Notes under the pieces: model-generated
Seen by the model: only the letters and a program-made list of their open reading frames with translations
Databases searched by the model: none
What the model was told of the DNA's origin: nothing
Translations under genes and position numbers: made by a program
Assembly: GCA_003154195.1 (NCBI GenBank)
Contig: PMCS01000008.1
Coordinates: forward strand, 79,366 to 143,365
Length of the DNA: 64,000 bases
Direction: 5' to 3'
Source of the DNA: Candidatus Omnitrophota bacterium
Lineage (GTDB): Bacteria; Omnitrophota; Gorgyraeia; Duberdicusellales; 4484-171
Shown here: one piece after another, positions 48,109-57,926 of the stretch
Layout: each line of letters opens with the position of its first letter
Numbering within the stretch: the first letter of the stretch is position 1

Positions 48109-48146
48109 AGGGGTAGAATTCAGTTTATTTCTGAAATTCCACCCCT
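48109..48146 (-). terminator. probable rpsU terminator
   Basis: Imperfect hairpin AGGGGTAGAATT/AATTCCACCCCT with a T-run on the minus strand. Confidence 0.55.
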
Positions 48147-48170
48147 CCTTTCCGCTTATTGAGCGGTAAA

Positions 48171-48335
48171 TCAGCTTTTTTTCTTTTTGGCGTTGAGCCT
48201 TCTTTCCTGAGAAGGCTTAGTGTAATACTGCCGGTCTTTGCACTCTTTTAAAATACCCTCGCGCTTACACTGCATCTTGAACACCCGCAATGCTTTTTCA
48301 AAATCTTCTCTTTTTTCGATTTTAACCTCGGCCAT
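48171..48335 (-). CDS. rpsU: 30S ribosomal protein bS21
   Basis: Manual translation (54 aa): MAEVKIEKREDFEKALRVFKMQCKREGILKECKDRQYYTKPSQERRLNAKKKKS. AAGGAGG RBS; extended -10 TGCTATAAT upstream. Confidence 0.92.
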   Translation of the reverse strand: MAEVKIEKREDFEKALRVFKMQCKREGILKECKDRQYYTKPSQERRLNAKKKKS

Positions 48336-48418
48336 TGTCCCTCCTTAAATTATGCTAACTTTTTTTATTATAGCATATTTTCAAAATACCGCAAGCGGCT
48401 TTTCCGGATTAGTTGAAT

Positions 48419-50323
48419 CTATTGGATAAATTTAGTCTTTGACTCTCGAATCTGAATCTCGATGGCCATGATTTTATCATCGAGATCCTTTACGATAAGC
48501 TGGTAATAGCGCACAATATCCTCGCCATGCCGGGGGTTATCGACGATGCGCTGCTTAGCCCCTTTTTCAATCTCGAGTTTTTCTTTTTGCTTACGCAAAC
48601 TCTTTATCTTCTTTGCCAATTTCGCATTATGCTCTTCTTTATCCGTCCCCACGGTATTCTCAGCCGCCGGATTTAAGACTTGGCTGGCTTGCCCTTCTCC
48701 GGTTTTTTTGCCCGAAGCAGTTTTCGTTTTACCCTGCGTAAACGTCTGGCTCTTTTCAAGATAATAATCGAACCTACCCGGATACTTGCGCACCTGGCCG
48801 TCTTTTACTTCATATACACCATTGGCCAGCGACCGGACAAAATGGATATCATGGCTGATAAAAACAATCGTCCCCTCATAATCATTAAGCGCTTTTATCA
48901 AGGCCTCTACGGCATCAACGTCTAAATGCGTAGTCGGCTCATCCAGGAGTAAAAAATTCGGCGGGTTAATCAAAAGTTTCGCCAGAATCAACCGGCTCTT
49001 TTCCCCGCCGGAAAGAACTTTAACCTTCTTTTCCACATCGTCGCCCCGGAATAAAAATGCGCCTAAAATCGTGCGTAAATTTTCCGGGGGAAGCCGGCCG
49101 CCGGCGGCGGAATACGCTTCTTCCAGCACGGTATTATCGAAATTTAAAACATCCAGACGGGCTTGGGAAAAATAACCGATATCCACATTAACCCCGACGA
49201 CACGCTGGCCGGAATCAACAGGGATAACCCCGGCGAGAATCTTGAGCAGTGTGGACTTACCCGCGCCGTTTTCTCCCGCCAGTACGGCTTTTTCGCCGCG
49301 GCTGATCTCGAAATCGAAATCTTTGTAAACCGGCAAATCGCCGTAGGCCTTAGACATCTTATTTAATTTTATCACGTTATAGCCACTTTGTTTAGTCGCG
49401 GGGAACTTAAAGCTTTTGATGCTTTCACGGTAATCGGCCGGCACGATGATTTCTTCCATCATCTCCAGCTGCTTTTTCTTGGCGCGCACCTGGCTGGCCT
49501 TATTCGGTTGGGCGTGGAACCGGTCGACAAACTCCTGCAACTGCTTGCGCCGTTTTTCCTGTTCGCTGTGCTGGCGCAACAGGAAATCCCTTTTTTGATC
49601 CTGTAATTTATAGTATTCTTCGTAGTTGCCCTTGACCTTGCTGATAACACCGTTTTCCAAAACCAGCGTATAATTGGTAACATCATCGAGAAAATCGCGG
49701 TCGTGAGAAATTATAATAAAAGTGCCCTTATAATCCGCTAAATAATCCTTAAACCACAGCGCGGCGGATAAATCGAGGTAATTGGTAGGTTCATCCAACA
49801 AAAGTAAATCGTATTCAAAAGTCAAAAGGCGCGCCAGGAGCGTGCGCATCTGCCAACCGCCGGAAAGTTCAAGGATCGGCCGGCTAAAATCTCTCTGCTT
49901 AAAACCCAGGCCGGCTAAAATCTGCTTAGCCTTATACTCAAGCTGGGAATAGCCCAAACGGTCAAGCTCATGGATAATATCGGCGTAGCGGTGGCTTCCC
50001 GCCTGGCCCAACGCCTCAAGCTCTTCCTTTTCTTTCTTCAGGCGCATCATCGCCGGGTCACCCTCGGTAAGCTCCTGCAGCACCGTATGCGCCGACGCGA
50101 AACTTGATTCTTGCGCCAAATATCCGATACGGATATTTTTATATATCTGGACGCTCCCGTCGCTCGCCTCGGATTCGTCTAAAATAATACGAAACAAAGT
50201 AGATTTCCCCGCGCCGTTAGGCCCGACCAGTCCGACCTTCTCCCCCCGGCTGATATTAAGGGAAACCCGGGAGAATAAACTCCGGTCGCCGAAAGATTTA
50301 GATAAATTATTTATTGAAAGCAT
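48419..50323 (-). CDS. ABC-F family ATPase
   Basis: Two NBDs (GPNGAGKST, LSGGW, DEPTN; GENGAGKST, LSGGE, DEPTT), no TM segments. Confidence 0.96.
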   Translation of the reverse strand: MLSINNLSKSFGDRSLFSRVSLNISRGEKVGLVGPNGAGKSTLFRIILDESEASDGSVQIYKNIRIGYLAQESSFASAHTVLQELTEGDPAMMRLKKEKEELEALGQAGSHRYADIIHELDRLGYSQLEYKAKQILAGLGFKQRDFSRPILELSGGWQMRTLLARLLTFEYDLLLLDEPTNYLDLSAALWFKDYLADYKGTFIIISHDRDFLDDVTNYTLVLENGVISKVKGNYEEYYKLQDQKRDFLLRQHSEQEKRRKQLQEFVDRFHAQPNKASQVRAKKKQLEMMEEIIVPADYRESIKSFKFPATKQSGYNVIKLNKMSKAYGDLPVYKDFDFEISRGEKAVLAGENGAGKSTLLKILAGVIPVDSGQRVVGVNVDIGYFSQARLDVLNFDNTVLEEAYSAAGGRLPPENLRTILGAFLFRGDDVEKKVKVLSGGEKSRLILAKLLINPPNFLLLDEPTTHLDVDAVEALIKALNDYEGTIVFISHDIHFVRSLANGVYEVKDGQVRKYPGRFDYYLEKSQTFTQGKTKTASGKKTGEGQASQVLNPAAENTVGTDKEEHNAKLAKKIKSLRKQKEKLEIEKGAKQRIVDNPRHGEDIVRYYQLIVKDLDDKIMAIEIQIRESKTKFIQ

Positions 50324-50392
50324 AGGCAGATATTATAACAAAATAAGGTTGTTTTGGTAGGCTTTTCAATAAATCAGAAAATACATATTTTA

Positions 50393-51382
50393 TCAAACTT
50401 TCATCCGCCAGCAATTGTGGATATTTTTGTTACGATAGTCTTCGGGAATGGTTTTAGGGGTTAATTTTACGATATCTTTTACCGGCAGGCCTTCAAACTG
50501 CGGCTCGAACCGCTGGTGGTTGGCCGAAAAGAATAAATCAGAGCCGGGGCGCATGATCATTAAAACATCGCGCAACAGCTGCGGATGGTCGCGGTTAATA
50601 TCAAACGCCGCCTGTTCCCGGCTATCTTTATAAAAAGAAGGCGGATCGACAAACGCCAGGTCAAAACGCTCATTTTTACGATACGCTTGCGCCAGATAGC
50701 TCATCGCGTCCGCCTGAATCAGTTTATGCTTTGGCGCCCATAAACCGTTTAGTATCAAATTATCCTTCGCCCAATCGATATAAGTTGACGAACGGTCGAC
50801 CGTTACCGTAGTTTTAGCCCCGGCGGCGGCCGCGCAGGTAAACGCGCCGGTGTAGCCGAATAAATTCAGGAAATCTTTCCCCGGGGCGATCCCGGCGACA
50901 AGCACGCGCGTATCGCGATGGTCGGAGTACAACCCCGTATCGATAAAATCGTCTAAATTTACCCAGAAACGCAGATTACGCTCACGAACTTCGAAGCGTT
51001 CGCCGCGCGAATCGATTTTTTCATAACGCGGCCCATCCGCGACATTGGTATGCCGGCGTTTTAAATGGATTTTTTCCGGGGGCACGCCTAAAGCCCGGGC
51101 CGCGGCATTAGCCATTTGCGGCAGGTACTCTAAACTAGTCTGTATCCGCTCATACTCAGCGACCACGAGATGCCCCGCGTACCAATCGACAACGACGCGG
51201 ATATCCGGGCTGTCCCAATCGTAAAGCCGGAAACAATCGATGGACTGACGTTTAAATCTTTTACAAAAATGTCGAAATCTCTTTGCGACACTATTGGCTA
51301 AAACTTCTGCCTGGATTTTCGCCTTTTCCTGAGTCACGAAGCCTCTTGGTCTTATGTTTTGTTTTATTATTTTTTGAATCAT
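50393..51382 (-). CDS. class I SAM methyltransferase, stand-alone RlmK-like
   Basis: FRLYD, DTGLYSDHR, NLFGYTG, DPPSF. Confidence 0.85.
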   Translation of the reverse strand: MIQKIIKQNIRPRGFVTQEKAKIQAEVLANSVAKRFRHFCKRFKRQSIDCFRLYDWDSPDIRVVVDWYAGHLVVAEYERIQTSLEYLPQMANAAARALGVPPEKIHLKRRHTNVADGPRYEKIDSRGERFEVRERNLRFWVNLDDFIDTGLYSDHRDTRVLVAGIAPGKDFLNLFGYTGAFTCAAAAGAKTTVTVDRSSTYIDWAKDNLILNGLWAPKHKLIQADAMSYLAQAYRKNERFDLAFVDPPSFYKDSREQAAFDINRDHPQLLRDVLMIMRPGSDLFFSANHQRFEPQFEGLPVKDIVKLTPKTIPEDYRNKNIHNCWRMKV

Positions 51383-51391
51383 AGGTACAAT

Positions 51392-51455
51392 GCCTCCGGC
51401 GGTGCCCTGCGGGCGGCGTGTGCTATATGGCGGATTGGTTTTGCGCTTTATAGGT
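51392..51455. repeat. internally deleted copy of the 18167-18423 element
   Basis: Shared 27-nt head and TTTATAGGT tail. Confidence 0.75.
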
Positions 51456-51486
51456 GGAAAAGAAAAAAATAAAACTTAAACTAAAT

Positions 51487-51807
51487 TCAATTACTTATTT
51501 TTTTACGCTTGCTCGATTTTTTACCCATCAATTTCTCTTTCTGCTTACGCTTCAATCGCTTAATCCTTATCTCTTCCAAAAACGCGTTTTTAAAATAGCG
51601 GTATTTCTTGCACCACGCTAATTTCACCGGCAGACGGGTTCGCGTATATTTTGCGCCCTTGCCGGCGCGATGTTTGGCGACTCTTTGTTTTAGATTCGGC
51701 GTATAACCGGTATAGTAAGTATTATCGCAGCAACGCAGGATATATACCCAGAATTTGCCGTAACGCTTTAGCTTTTTCCGCTTTTTTTTAATCTTTTTAT
51801 CGCACAC
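51487..51807 (-). CDS. GIY-YIG nuclease (YhbQ/UPF0213-like)
   Basis: VYILRC.D.TYYTGYT..R..H..GKGAKYT. Confidence 0.93.
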   Translation of the reverse strand: MCDKKIKKKRKKLKRYGKFWVYILRCCDNTYYTGYTPNLKQRVAKHRAGKGAKYTRTRLPVKLAWCKKYRYFKNAFLEEIRIKRLKRKQKEKLMGKKSSKRKKISN

Positions 51808-51862
51808 AGGATATTATGGCAAATCGACAACTTTTATTTTATTTTCCATGGCAGGTATAATT

Positions 51863-52423
51863 TTATCGAAAAATCGCTAAAATTCCAAACAAAATGAATA
51901 TTCCGGCGGATGCTATTTTGATTGCCTTTTCCGGCAGTCTCTTATGAGCGGCAATGCCAATAGCTATCGCTAAACCGTCGGCAAGGACCATCCCCATGGT
52001 CGAGCCCAGCCATACGCCGATAAAATCAATCAACGAATGGTATTGCGCCGCCAGGGATATCGTGGCCAGTTGAGTCTTATCGCCAAGTTCCGCCAAAAAA
52101 AACGCGATTGCCACCGTCATAATCGGGCCGAATTTAGCCTTGCCCTTAGCAGCATCATCGTTTTTGTCGCCCCTGAGCGTCCAGATGCCGAAACCGATAA
52201 AAGAAATCCCGATGATTATTTTTAAATAATTTAAAGGGATAATACCGTTAACAAAAACACCGATCCCGGCAGAGAATAAATGTACCAGCGCCGTAGCGAT
52301 AAAAACACCAGCGATGACTTTTGACGGTTTATATTTCGTGGCAAAGGAAAGCGCGACCAACTGGGTCTTATCGCCCATCTCGGCAACGGCAATTAATAAA
52401 AAAGAAGAGAAAAAACTAAACAT
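51863..52423 (-). CDS. TMEM165/GDT1 (UPF0016) Mn/Ca transporter
   Basis: AEMGDKTQ and AELGDKTQ motifs; GGAGG plus ATG 52423. Confidence 0.95.
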   Translation of the reverse strand: MFSFFSSFLLIAVAEMGDKTQLVALSFATKYKPSKVIAGVFIATALVHLFSAGIGVFVNGIIPLNYLKIIIGISFIGFGIWTLRGDKNDDAAKGKAKFGPIMTVAIAFFLAELGDKTQLATISLAAQYHSLIDFIGVWLGSTMGMVLADGLAIAIGIAAHKRLPEKAIKIASAGIFILFGILAIFR

Positions 52424-52494
52424 AACCCTCCAGTTTAGACCCACATACCCTCAGAAAGCAGTGAATTACCACCTACAAAGTCGGTGGTTTAGTA

Positions 52495-53232
52495 TTACCC
52501 CAGCGTCTCCCTAAACCACCCCTGTATCAACCCCATCATTTCGCCGTAATATTCCTTTACCAGATACTCGGCGTGCGGCCCGTTTTTCAAGATAACAATC
52601 TTCTTGAATGACGGCGTAGCATCATGCAAAGCTTGAGAATGCCAGGATTTTACCACCCAATCTTTATCACCATGGATATAGAGCACCGGTATTTTAAATT
52701 TTCCTATTGAATCGAGCGGCCTGTTTTTCTTCAGCCAAAACGGCCCGGGGCGCACACCCTTGCCGGTTCTTCCTTCTTTACTTATTAAGGTATAAACAAC
52801 ATCGTTTTTCCAATCCAGTTCAAACAATCGGTAATCTATTTTATTAAAATCTGAGGGGCCGCTCACGCTTATTAGAGAAGCGATACCTCCCTCAGCGGCA
52901 ATCGCATTAATGATGATGCCGGCGCCCAAGGAAAATGCCGTCACGCCGATGCTTTTATAGCGCGGCCTCAAATATTCGAGGACAGCCCTAAAATCCTGCT
53001 CTTCTTTACTCGTCCACCAGAATAAACCGCTTGACTGGCCATGGCCGCGCCAATCAAACATAAACACATCGTACTCGTCAAACAAGCCTCGCGCGAGTTT
53101 CTGTAAAAGGACGGAATCCTTGCTGTTATAAAAACCATGTGCGATCACAACGACTTTGTCGTGACCGCCGATATGGTGGCAATAAGAAATATTACACTTA
53201 TCAAACGTCAGCAAAACGCCGCGCGACCACAT
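52495..53232 (-). CDS. alpha/beta hydrolase
   Basis: AHGF, FDWRGHG, AFSLGA nucleophile elbow, HGDKD, GPHAE. Confidence 0.9.
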   Translation of the reverse strand: MWSRGVLLTFDKCNISYCHHIGGHDKVVVIAHGFYNSKDSVLLQKLARGLFDEYDVFMFDWRGHGQSSGLFWWTSKEEQDFRAVLEYLRPRYKSIGVTAFSLGAGIIINAIAAEGGIASLISVSGPSDFNKIDYRLFELDWKNDVVYTLISKEGRTGKGVRPGPFWLKKNRPLDSIGKFKIPVLYIHGDKDWVVKSWHSQALHDATPSFKKIVILKNGPHAEYLVKEYYGEMMGLIQGWFRETLG

Positions 53233-53306
53233 TAGGCTATCTCTCCCTTAAAATTGTATTGCTTTTATGCCAACGGAAAAGAAAACACGGGGTATTATTT
53301 TCCAGA

Positions 53307-53516
53307 TTACCGGGGTAAATGTTTATTCTCGTGAGCGCTGCTAAGGGGAAGTTTATCTAAAATCTCCCGCTCTAAGCTGATAAGCAGATGAGCCCTACCC
53401 CAGCGAAGCTGTACCTCAGGGGTAAGGCTGTCGAGTTTTTCTCGGGCAAGCTTTTGCGCGTAACGCAACCGCTCGGTTTCATTTTTGAATTTAGGAATTT
53501 TTTCTTTCTTTTTCAT
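53307..53516 (-). CDS. small hypothetical protein, antitoxin-like N-terminus
   Basis: MKKKEKIPKFKNE start; preceded by a strong hairpin at about 53519-53562. Confidence 0.45.
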   Translation of the reverse strand: MKKKEKIPKFKNETERLRYAQKLAREKLDSLTPEVQLRWGRAHLLISLEREILDKLPLSSAHENKHLPR

Positions 53517-53587
53517 AATATAATTTTAAAGGCCGGTAAAAACTTCCCGGCCTTTAAAATTATATATGCTTTTTTGCTTTTTTCAAG

Positions 53588-54445
53588 TCAGATTTTTTCC
53601 GCATAAATACTTACTTTTTTTGTTTTAATATGCATAGCGCCTTCTACATCCGCCTCAATAGTGATAATACCGTCGGTATCCGTACGAAGCAAGCGGCAGC
53701 CGGATGCTTTTAAGCGCGCAAGCGTTTGTATATCCGGATACTGAGGTCGCGCTGATTCATTGACGCTCATAACGGCGATCTCAGGCTCCACGCGTTTAAG
53801 AAAATCGGCGCTGCAGGTATCCTTGCCGCCATGATGCCCGACTTTTAAAACATCCGACGACAACCGCTTGTATTTTTCCATGATAGCGCGTTCTACCGTA
53901 ACATCCGCATCGGCCATACAAAGGCACGCAAATTTTCCCCATTTCAAACGTACAACTATAGAACCCGGATTAGCGCAGCCTTCATCGCCGGAAGGCGGCC
54001 ATAACACATCAAAACGCACGCCGCCTATCGCAAACACCCTGCCCTGCGCAAGCGGTTTATATCCTACATACCTGCGCACCAATCTCGTATACGAGCGGTA
54101 AAAATCATCATCGATAGCGTCCACATCGCACCCGTTATCGTACACCGCTGCAACATCCATTTGGCGTAAAATAAAAAATACGCCGCCGGCATGATCGGCA
54201 TGTGGATGCGTAATGACCAGAGCATCCAGTTTACGGATACCGGCGTTATTAAGGTACCGCAAAACATTCCACCCGCTGGCCAGATCGCCGGCATCAATAA
54301 GCACGGTTTTATTACCGGGCGTGCGCACTACACAGGAATCGCCCTGGCCGACATCCAAAAAAGTCACCGACAAGGTATCTCCCGCGTAACATAGCGGCAG
54401 TGAAACCATCAAAATAAAAAAAATAATATATTTTGCCGTCGTCAT
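53588..54445 (-). CDS. ComEC/Rec2-type metallo-beta-lactamase nuclease, exported
   Basis: DVGQGD, LIDAG, THPHADH, KVGHHG, RTD.DG. Confidence 0.92.
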   Translation of the reverse strand: MTTAKYIIFFILMVSLPLCYAGDTLSVTFLDVGQGDSCVVRTPGNKTVLIDAGDLASGWNVLRYLNNAGIRKLDALVITHPHADHAGGVFFILRQMDVAAVYDNGCDVDAIDDDFYRSYTRLVRRYVGYKPLAQGRVFAIGGVRFDVLWPPSGDEGCANPGSIVVRLKWGKFACLCMADADVTVERAIMEKYKRLSSDVLKVGHHGGKDTCSADFLKRVEPEIAVMSVNESARPQYPDIQTLARLKASGCRLLRTDTDGIITIEADVEGAMHIKTKKVSIYAEKI

Positions 54446-54462
54446 AATCAATCCCCAATCCC

Positions 54463-54996
54463 TTATTTTCTGGTTACTGACAGCTGATAACTGGTTACTG
54501 AAAAATATATTACGCCTCCCCACAAACACCCATATATATTAAGCAATACATCGCTCCATTCAAAATACCGATATGGTAAAAATCGCTGGAATCCTTCGTC
54601 AAGCAATCCAAACATAACCGCAAGCGCCAACGCCTGCGCATACCGTTTATACGATTTTGATAAACCGGCAATATCGCGGCATGCCAGCCATGCCAACAAA
54701 CCATATTCATACACGTGCAAGCGCTCTTCGGTAATACGTAAAAAACCGGTCGCGGCAATACCCGCTACCAATACAATACAAGCCGGCAAACACCGGAGAA
54801 TCGATCCGGTATACCGATAAAAAAATCGCACCACCAAAACAAAAGCTGCCGCACATACCAAAAAAACAACTACGACAAATGCTGTTTCGCCAAAATGTTT
54901 TTTAAAAACAAGCATTACCGGCCGGCTAAACGAAGCCGCTGCCACAAAAAAACAGCCCAAAAAAAACGTCAAACGGGAAAGGCCTAGCATAAACAT
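54463..54996 (-). CDS. VanZ family membrane protein
   Basis: EERLHVYEYGLL, DEGFQRFLPYR, DVLLN. Confidence 0.85.
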   Translation of the reverse strand: MFMLGLSRLTFFLGCFFVAAASFSRPVMLVFKKHFGETAFVVVVFLVCAAAFVLVVRFFYRYTGSILRCLPACIVLVAGIAATGFLRITEERLHVYEYGLLAWLACRDIAGLSKSYKRYAQALALAVMFGLLDEGFQRFLPYRYFEWSDVLLNIYGCLWGGVIYFSVTSYQLSVTRK

Positions 54997-55073
54997 CAGA
55001 GCTAAATTATAAGTGATGCGTGATAAATTATTAATTTCTTGTCCATGTCCACCACTGAAAATAACCTAAATAG

Positions 55074-56951
55074 TCATTTCCGAAGGAAATTTTCTTGCGC
55101 TCTTTTTTTACGCGGCAAAGGATGGGATTTACTATGCTCCGGCTGAAAATCTTTGAGTAACCCGGCGGCGCCTAATTTTTGCAGCGCTTCTTTCACGAAT
55201 TGTTTATTTTTAGGATTTCTGTATTGCAGTAAGGCGCGCTGGTATTTACGCTCCTTAAATTCTCTGGCGACATAAACTTTCTGTCCGGTTAAGGGATGTT
55301 TACCGGTATGATACATGCAACTCGCCAGGCACATCGGTAAAGGCATAAAATCCTGGATCTGTTCAGAACTGATGCGCTTTTTCTTAACATAAAGAGCCAA
55401 GGCTAAAGCATCCTTAAGTGTGGCGCCGGGGTGGCCGACAATAAAATAGTTCACCAGAAAACATTTTTTATCCATCTTCTTATTGAAATGTTCGAACTTT
55501 TTTAAAAAATCTTCGTAAATATCCAACCCCGGTTTATTCATCAGAGAAAGAACATCACCGCAAATATGTTCCGGCGCCACCTTCAGGTAACCGCTGATAT
55601 GATGGCGCATGGTTTGCGCTAAATATTCATCGGCATCGCTGTCGGTCAGCAAATCATACCGGAAACCGCTTCCGATAAACACATGTTTTACCCCGGGCAA
55701 CTGTTTGATTTTTTGATACAAGCGTAAACTTTCCTTATAGCCTAGTTTTAGATTTTTGCATTTACGCGGGACAAGGCAATGGTTTTCACAGAAATCGCCG
55801 TTATACCAAAGCGGACAGGACGCATGGTAAAGATTTGCCGTAGGGCCGCCGACATCGGTTATTGTGCCTCTAAAATATGTTTGCCGCGTAAGCCCGGTTA
55901 CTTCCCGCAAAATAGAATTTTCACTGCGCGACTGGACGATCCTCCCCTGGTGCAGCGACAAAGAACAAAAACTGCACTCTCCCGGGCAACCGCGGTGCGA
56001 AACAATAGAAAATCTGACCGTCTCCAGCGCCGGCACGCCTCCCTCCCGGTCATAAACCGGATGCCAGTTGCGCGCATAAGGCAGTTCATAAACTTTATCC
56101 AATTCTTGCGTATTTAAAGGTAATGCCGGGGGAAGCTGGATCACAAAACGGTCGGCGTGTTTTTGTGCCAAGGGCTTAGCGCGGGAAGGGCTTTGCTGAC
56201 GATAAACCAGGCTGAAAGACTGGTTGAATTTATCTTTATCAGCCGCAGTTTCTTCAAAAGACGGTAAAGCGATAAAATCGCTTAAAAAATCAATGGTTCT
56301 ACGGTTAATCACCGTACCCTTTATATCGTTTAAAGAATCAGGCGCTTCGCCTTTATTCAACCGGCCGGCAATTTCCACGATTGGGCGCTCCGCCATGCCA
56401 TAGACTAAAATATCGGCCTTAGCGTCCACAAGAATGGAGCGCCTGGCTTTATCATCCCAATAGTCATAGTGCGCCAACCGGCGCAAACTTGCCTCGATGC
56501 CGCCTAAAACTATCGGGATTTTGCCGAAAATCTGGCGCACTCGATTAGCATAAACGATTAAAGGCCGGTCCGGCCGCTTGCCGGATTTCGCTCCCGGCGA
56601 ATAATCATCCGATTGCCTGGGCTTTTTGTTGGAAGTATAATTGGCGACCATTGAATCCACATTGCCGCTGGTGATACCGAAAAAAAGGCGGGGACGGCCG
56701 AGGGCCTGAAAATCTTTTGTTTCGCGCCAATCCGGTTGGGCGATTATGCCTACTTTATAGCCGGCATTTTCCAAGACCCGGGAAATAACCGCGGCGCCAA
56801 AAGAAGGATGGTCGATATAAGCGTCGCCGGTAATAATAATTATATCGCATTGCTGCCAACGGCGCTGTTTCAGGTCGGATTGGTTGACGGGAAGAAAATC
56901 ACAAGGTAGAGAACTATCACTAACCTTATCGGTGGTTTTAAATACTGCCAT
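55074..56951 (-). CDS. ygiQ: YgiQ family radical SAM protein
   Basis: GDAYIDHPSFG, GGIEASLRR, RGCPGECSFC, DVGGPTAN. Start uncertain; the ORF-track 5' part is a family B repeat. Confidence 0.93.
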   Translation of the reverse strand: MAVFKTTDKVSDSSLPCDFLPVNQSDLKQRRWQQCDIIIITGDAYIDHPSFGAAVISRVLENAGYKVGIIAQPDWRETKDFQALGRPRLFFGITSGNVDSMVANYTSNKKPRQSDDYSPGAKSGKRPDRPLIVYANRVRQIFGKIPIVLGGIEASLRRLAHYDYWDDKARRSILVDAKADILVYGMAERPIVEIAGRLNKGEAPDSLNDIKGTVINRRTIDFLSDFIALPSFEETAADKDKFNQSFSLVYRQQSPSRAKPLAQKHADRFVIQLPPALPLNTQELDKVYELPYARNWHPVYDREGGVPALETVRFSIVSHRGCPGECSFCSLSLHQGRIVQSRSENSILREVTGLTRQTYFRGTITDVGGPTANLYHASCPLWYNGDFCENHCLVPRKCKNLKLGYKESLRLYQKIKQLPGVKHVFIGSGFRYDLLTDSDADEYLAQTMRHHISGYLKVAPEHICGDVLSLMNKPGLDIYEDFLKKFEHFNKKMDKKCFLVNYFIVGHPGATLKDALALALYVKKKRISSEQIQDFMPLPMCLASCMYHTGKHPLTGQKVYVAREFKERKYQRALLQYRNPKNKQFVKEALQKLGAAGLLKDFQPEHSKSHPLPRKKRAQENFLRK

Positions 56952-56996
56952 AGAACTGGCCGGTGGATTTGACATACCCATTACCCCCTTCGGGGG

Positions 56997-57055
56997 TAAT
57001 TCGACTACCGTCTCGTCCGGCGCGCTTTGCGCTTGGACTCGACGAAGTCTCATTA
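56997..57055. repeat. family B 59-bp element containing the greA stop codon
   Basis: TAATTCGACTACCGTC...GACGAAGTCTCATTA. Confidence 0.85.
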
Positions 57056-57523
57056 AATTGATATACCCACAACTTTATACTTAAGTACTCCGGCAGGGAC
57101 CTCTACTTCTACCGTATCTCCTACCGCTTTGCCCAACAGCGCTTTTCCGACAGGAGAAGTAACGGAAATGGAGCCGTCGGCGGCGTTTGCCTCATCAGAA
57201 CCTACCAGTTTATATTCCGTTTCCTCCCCGGTATCTAAATCGGCTATTTTAACTTTATTACCCAGATAAGCTTTGTCGCCGGCAGCAACCGGGTGCTCGA
57301 TCAGCTCGGCTCGCGTAAGCCGGTCTTCTAAATCTTTTATTCTTTTTTCGTTGTGCGCGAACGCTTCTTTGGCCGCGTCATATTCGGCGTTTTCGCTTAA
57401 ATCGCCCAGAGAACGCGCGTGCGACAGAGCCGCGGCGATTTCCCTGCGCTTTTTATTCTTCAGTTCCTCTAATTCCTTAATTAATTTATCATGCCCTTCT
57501 TTAGTTAAATAAATCCTTTCCAT
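57053..57523 (-). CDS. greA: transcription elongation factor GreA
   Basis: GDLSENAEYDAAK, ISVTSPVGKALLG. Confidence 0.98.
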   Translation of the reverse strand: MERIYLTKEGHDKLIKELEELKNKKRREIAAALSHARSLGDLSENAEYDAAKEAFAHNEKRIKDLEDRLTRAELIEHPVAAGDKAYLGNKVKIADLDTGEETEYKLVGSDEANAADGSISVTSPVGKALLGKAVGDTVEVEVPAGVLKYKVVGISI

Positions 57524-57544
57524 ATAAGCCTCCGAAATTATTCT

Positions 57545-57910
57545 TCATTTGACCTTGAATTTAATCACGATATCGGCGGCTTCATCCTTTCCGCCGGCCG
57601 CGCCATCCGCTCCCAAGCTGATAAGCCTTACGTTATCAGCGCTATCGACCTGATAGATTATCGGCCTGCCCCATTTATCTTTTATATCACCGACCGAACA
57701 TTCTATCCCGCCTGCGCCGATCATCTCGCGCAAAGACACCGGCGGCTTTTTGTTTAAAACCGTATAGGCCAAAACGCAATCCTTCAACTTTTTCATCCCC
57801 CGATAAGTCTTCCGGATCGAAAAAGCGTCAAAAATAGAAAAAATAAGATAGGTAAAAAAAACCACGACAAAAAGATACATCTTTATTTGACGCCGGTTTG
57901 GCCTATTCAT
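57545..57910 (-). CDS. GspG-like pseudopilin domain protein
   Basis: N-terminal TM; DKWGRPIIY..SLGADG..GG..ADI. Confidence 0.8.
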   Translation of the reverse strand: MNRPNRRQIKMYLFVVVFFTYLIFSIFDAFSIRKTYRGMKKLKDCVLAYTVLNKKPPVSLREMIGAGGIECSVGDIKDKWGRPIIYQVDSADNVRLISLGADGAAGGKDEAADIVIKFKVK

Positions 57911-57926
57911 CGCACGCTTCCCTCTC

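Noticed and set aside
51487-51807. GIY-YIG gene as the mobiliser of the repeats
   Set aside because: It is an ordinary YhbQ-type protein and is not flanked on both sides by any repeat family; one adjacent element is insufficient evidence.
52424-52494. yybP-ykoY Mn riboswitch upstream of the GDT1 gene
   Set aside because: The gap is only ~70 nt and I cannot see the conserved motif; it looks more like an IS-end relic.
56952-57053. ORF-track N-terminal extensions (ygiQ; likewise purE, rpiB, tsaC, purQ, recJ, comEC-like, ATPase)
   Set aside because: They run through intergenic repeat DNA; downstream ATGs fit the family N-termini better.
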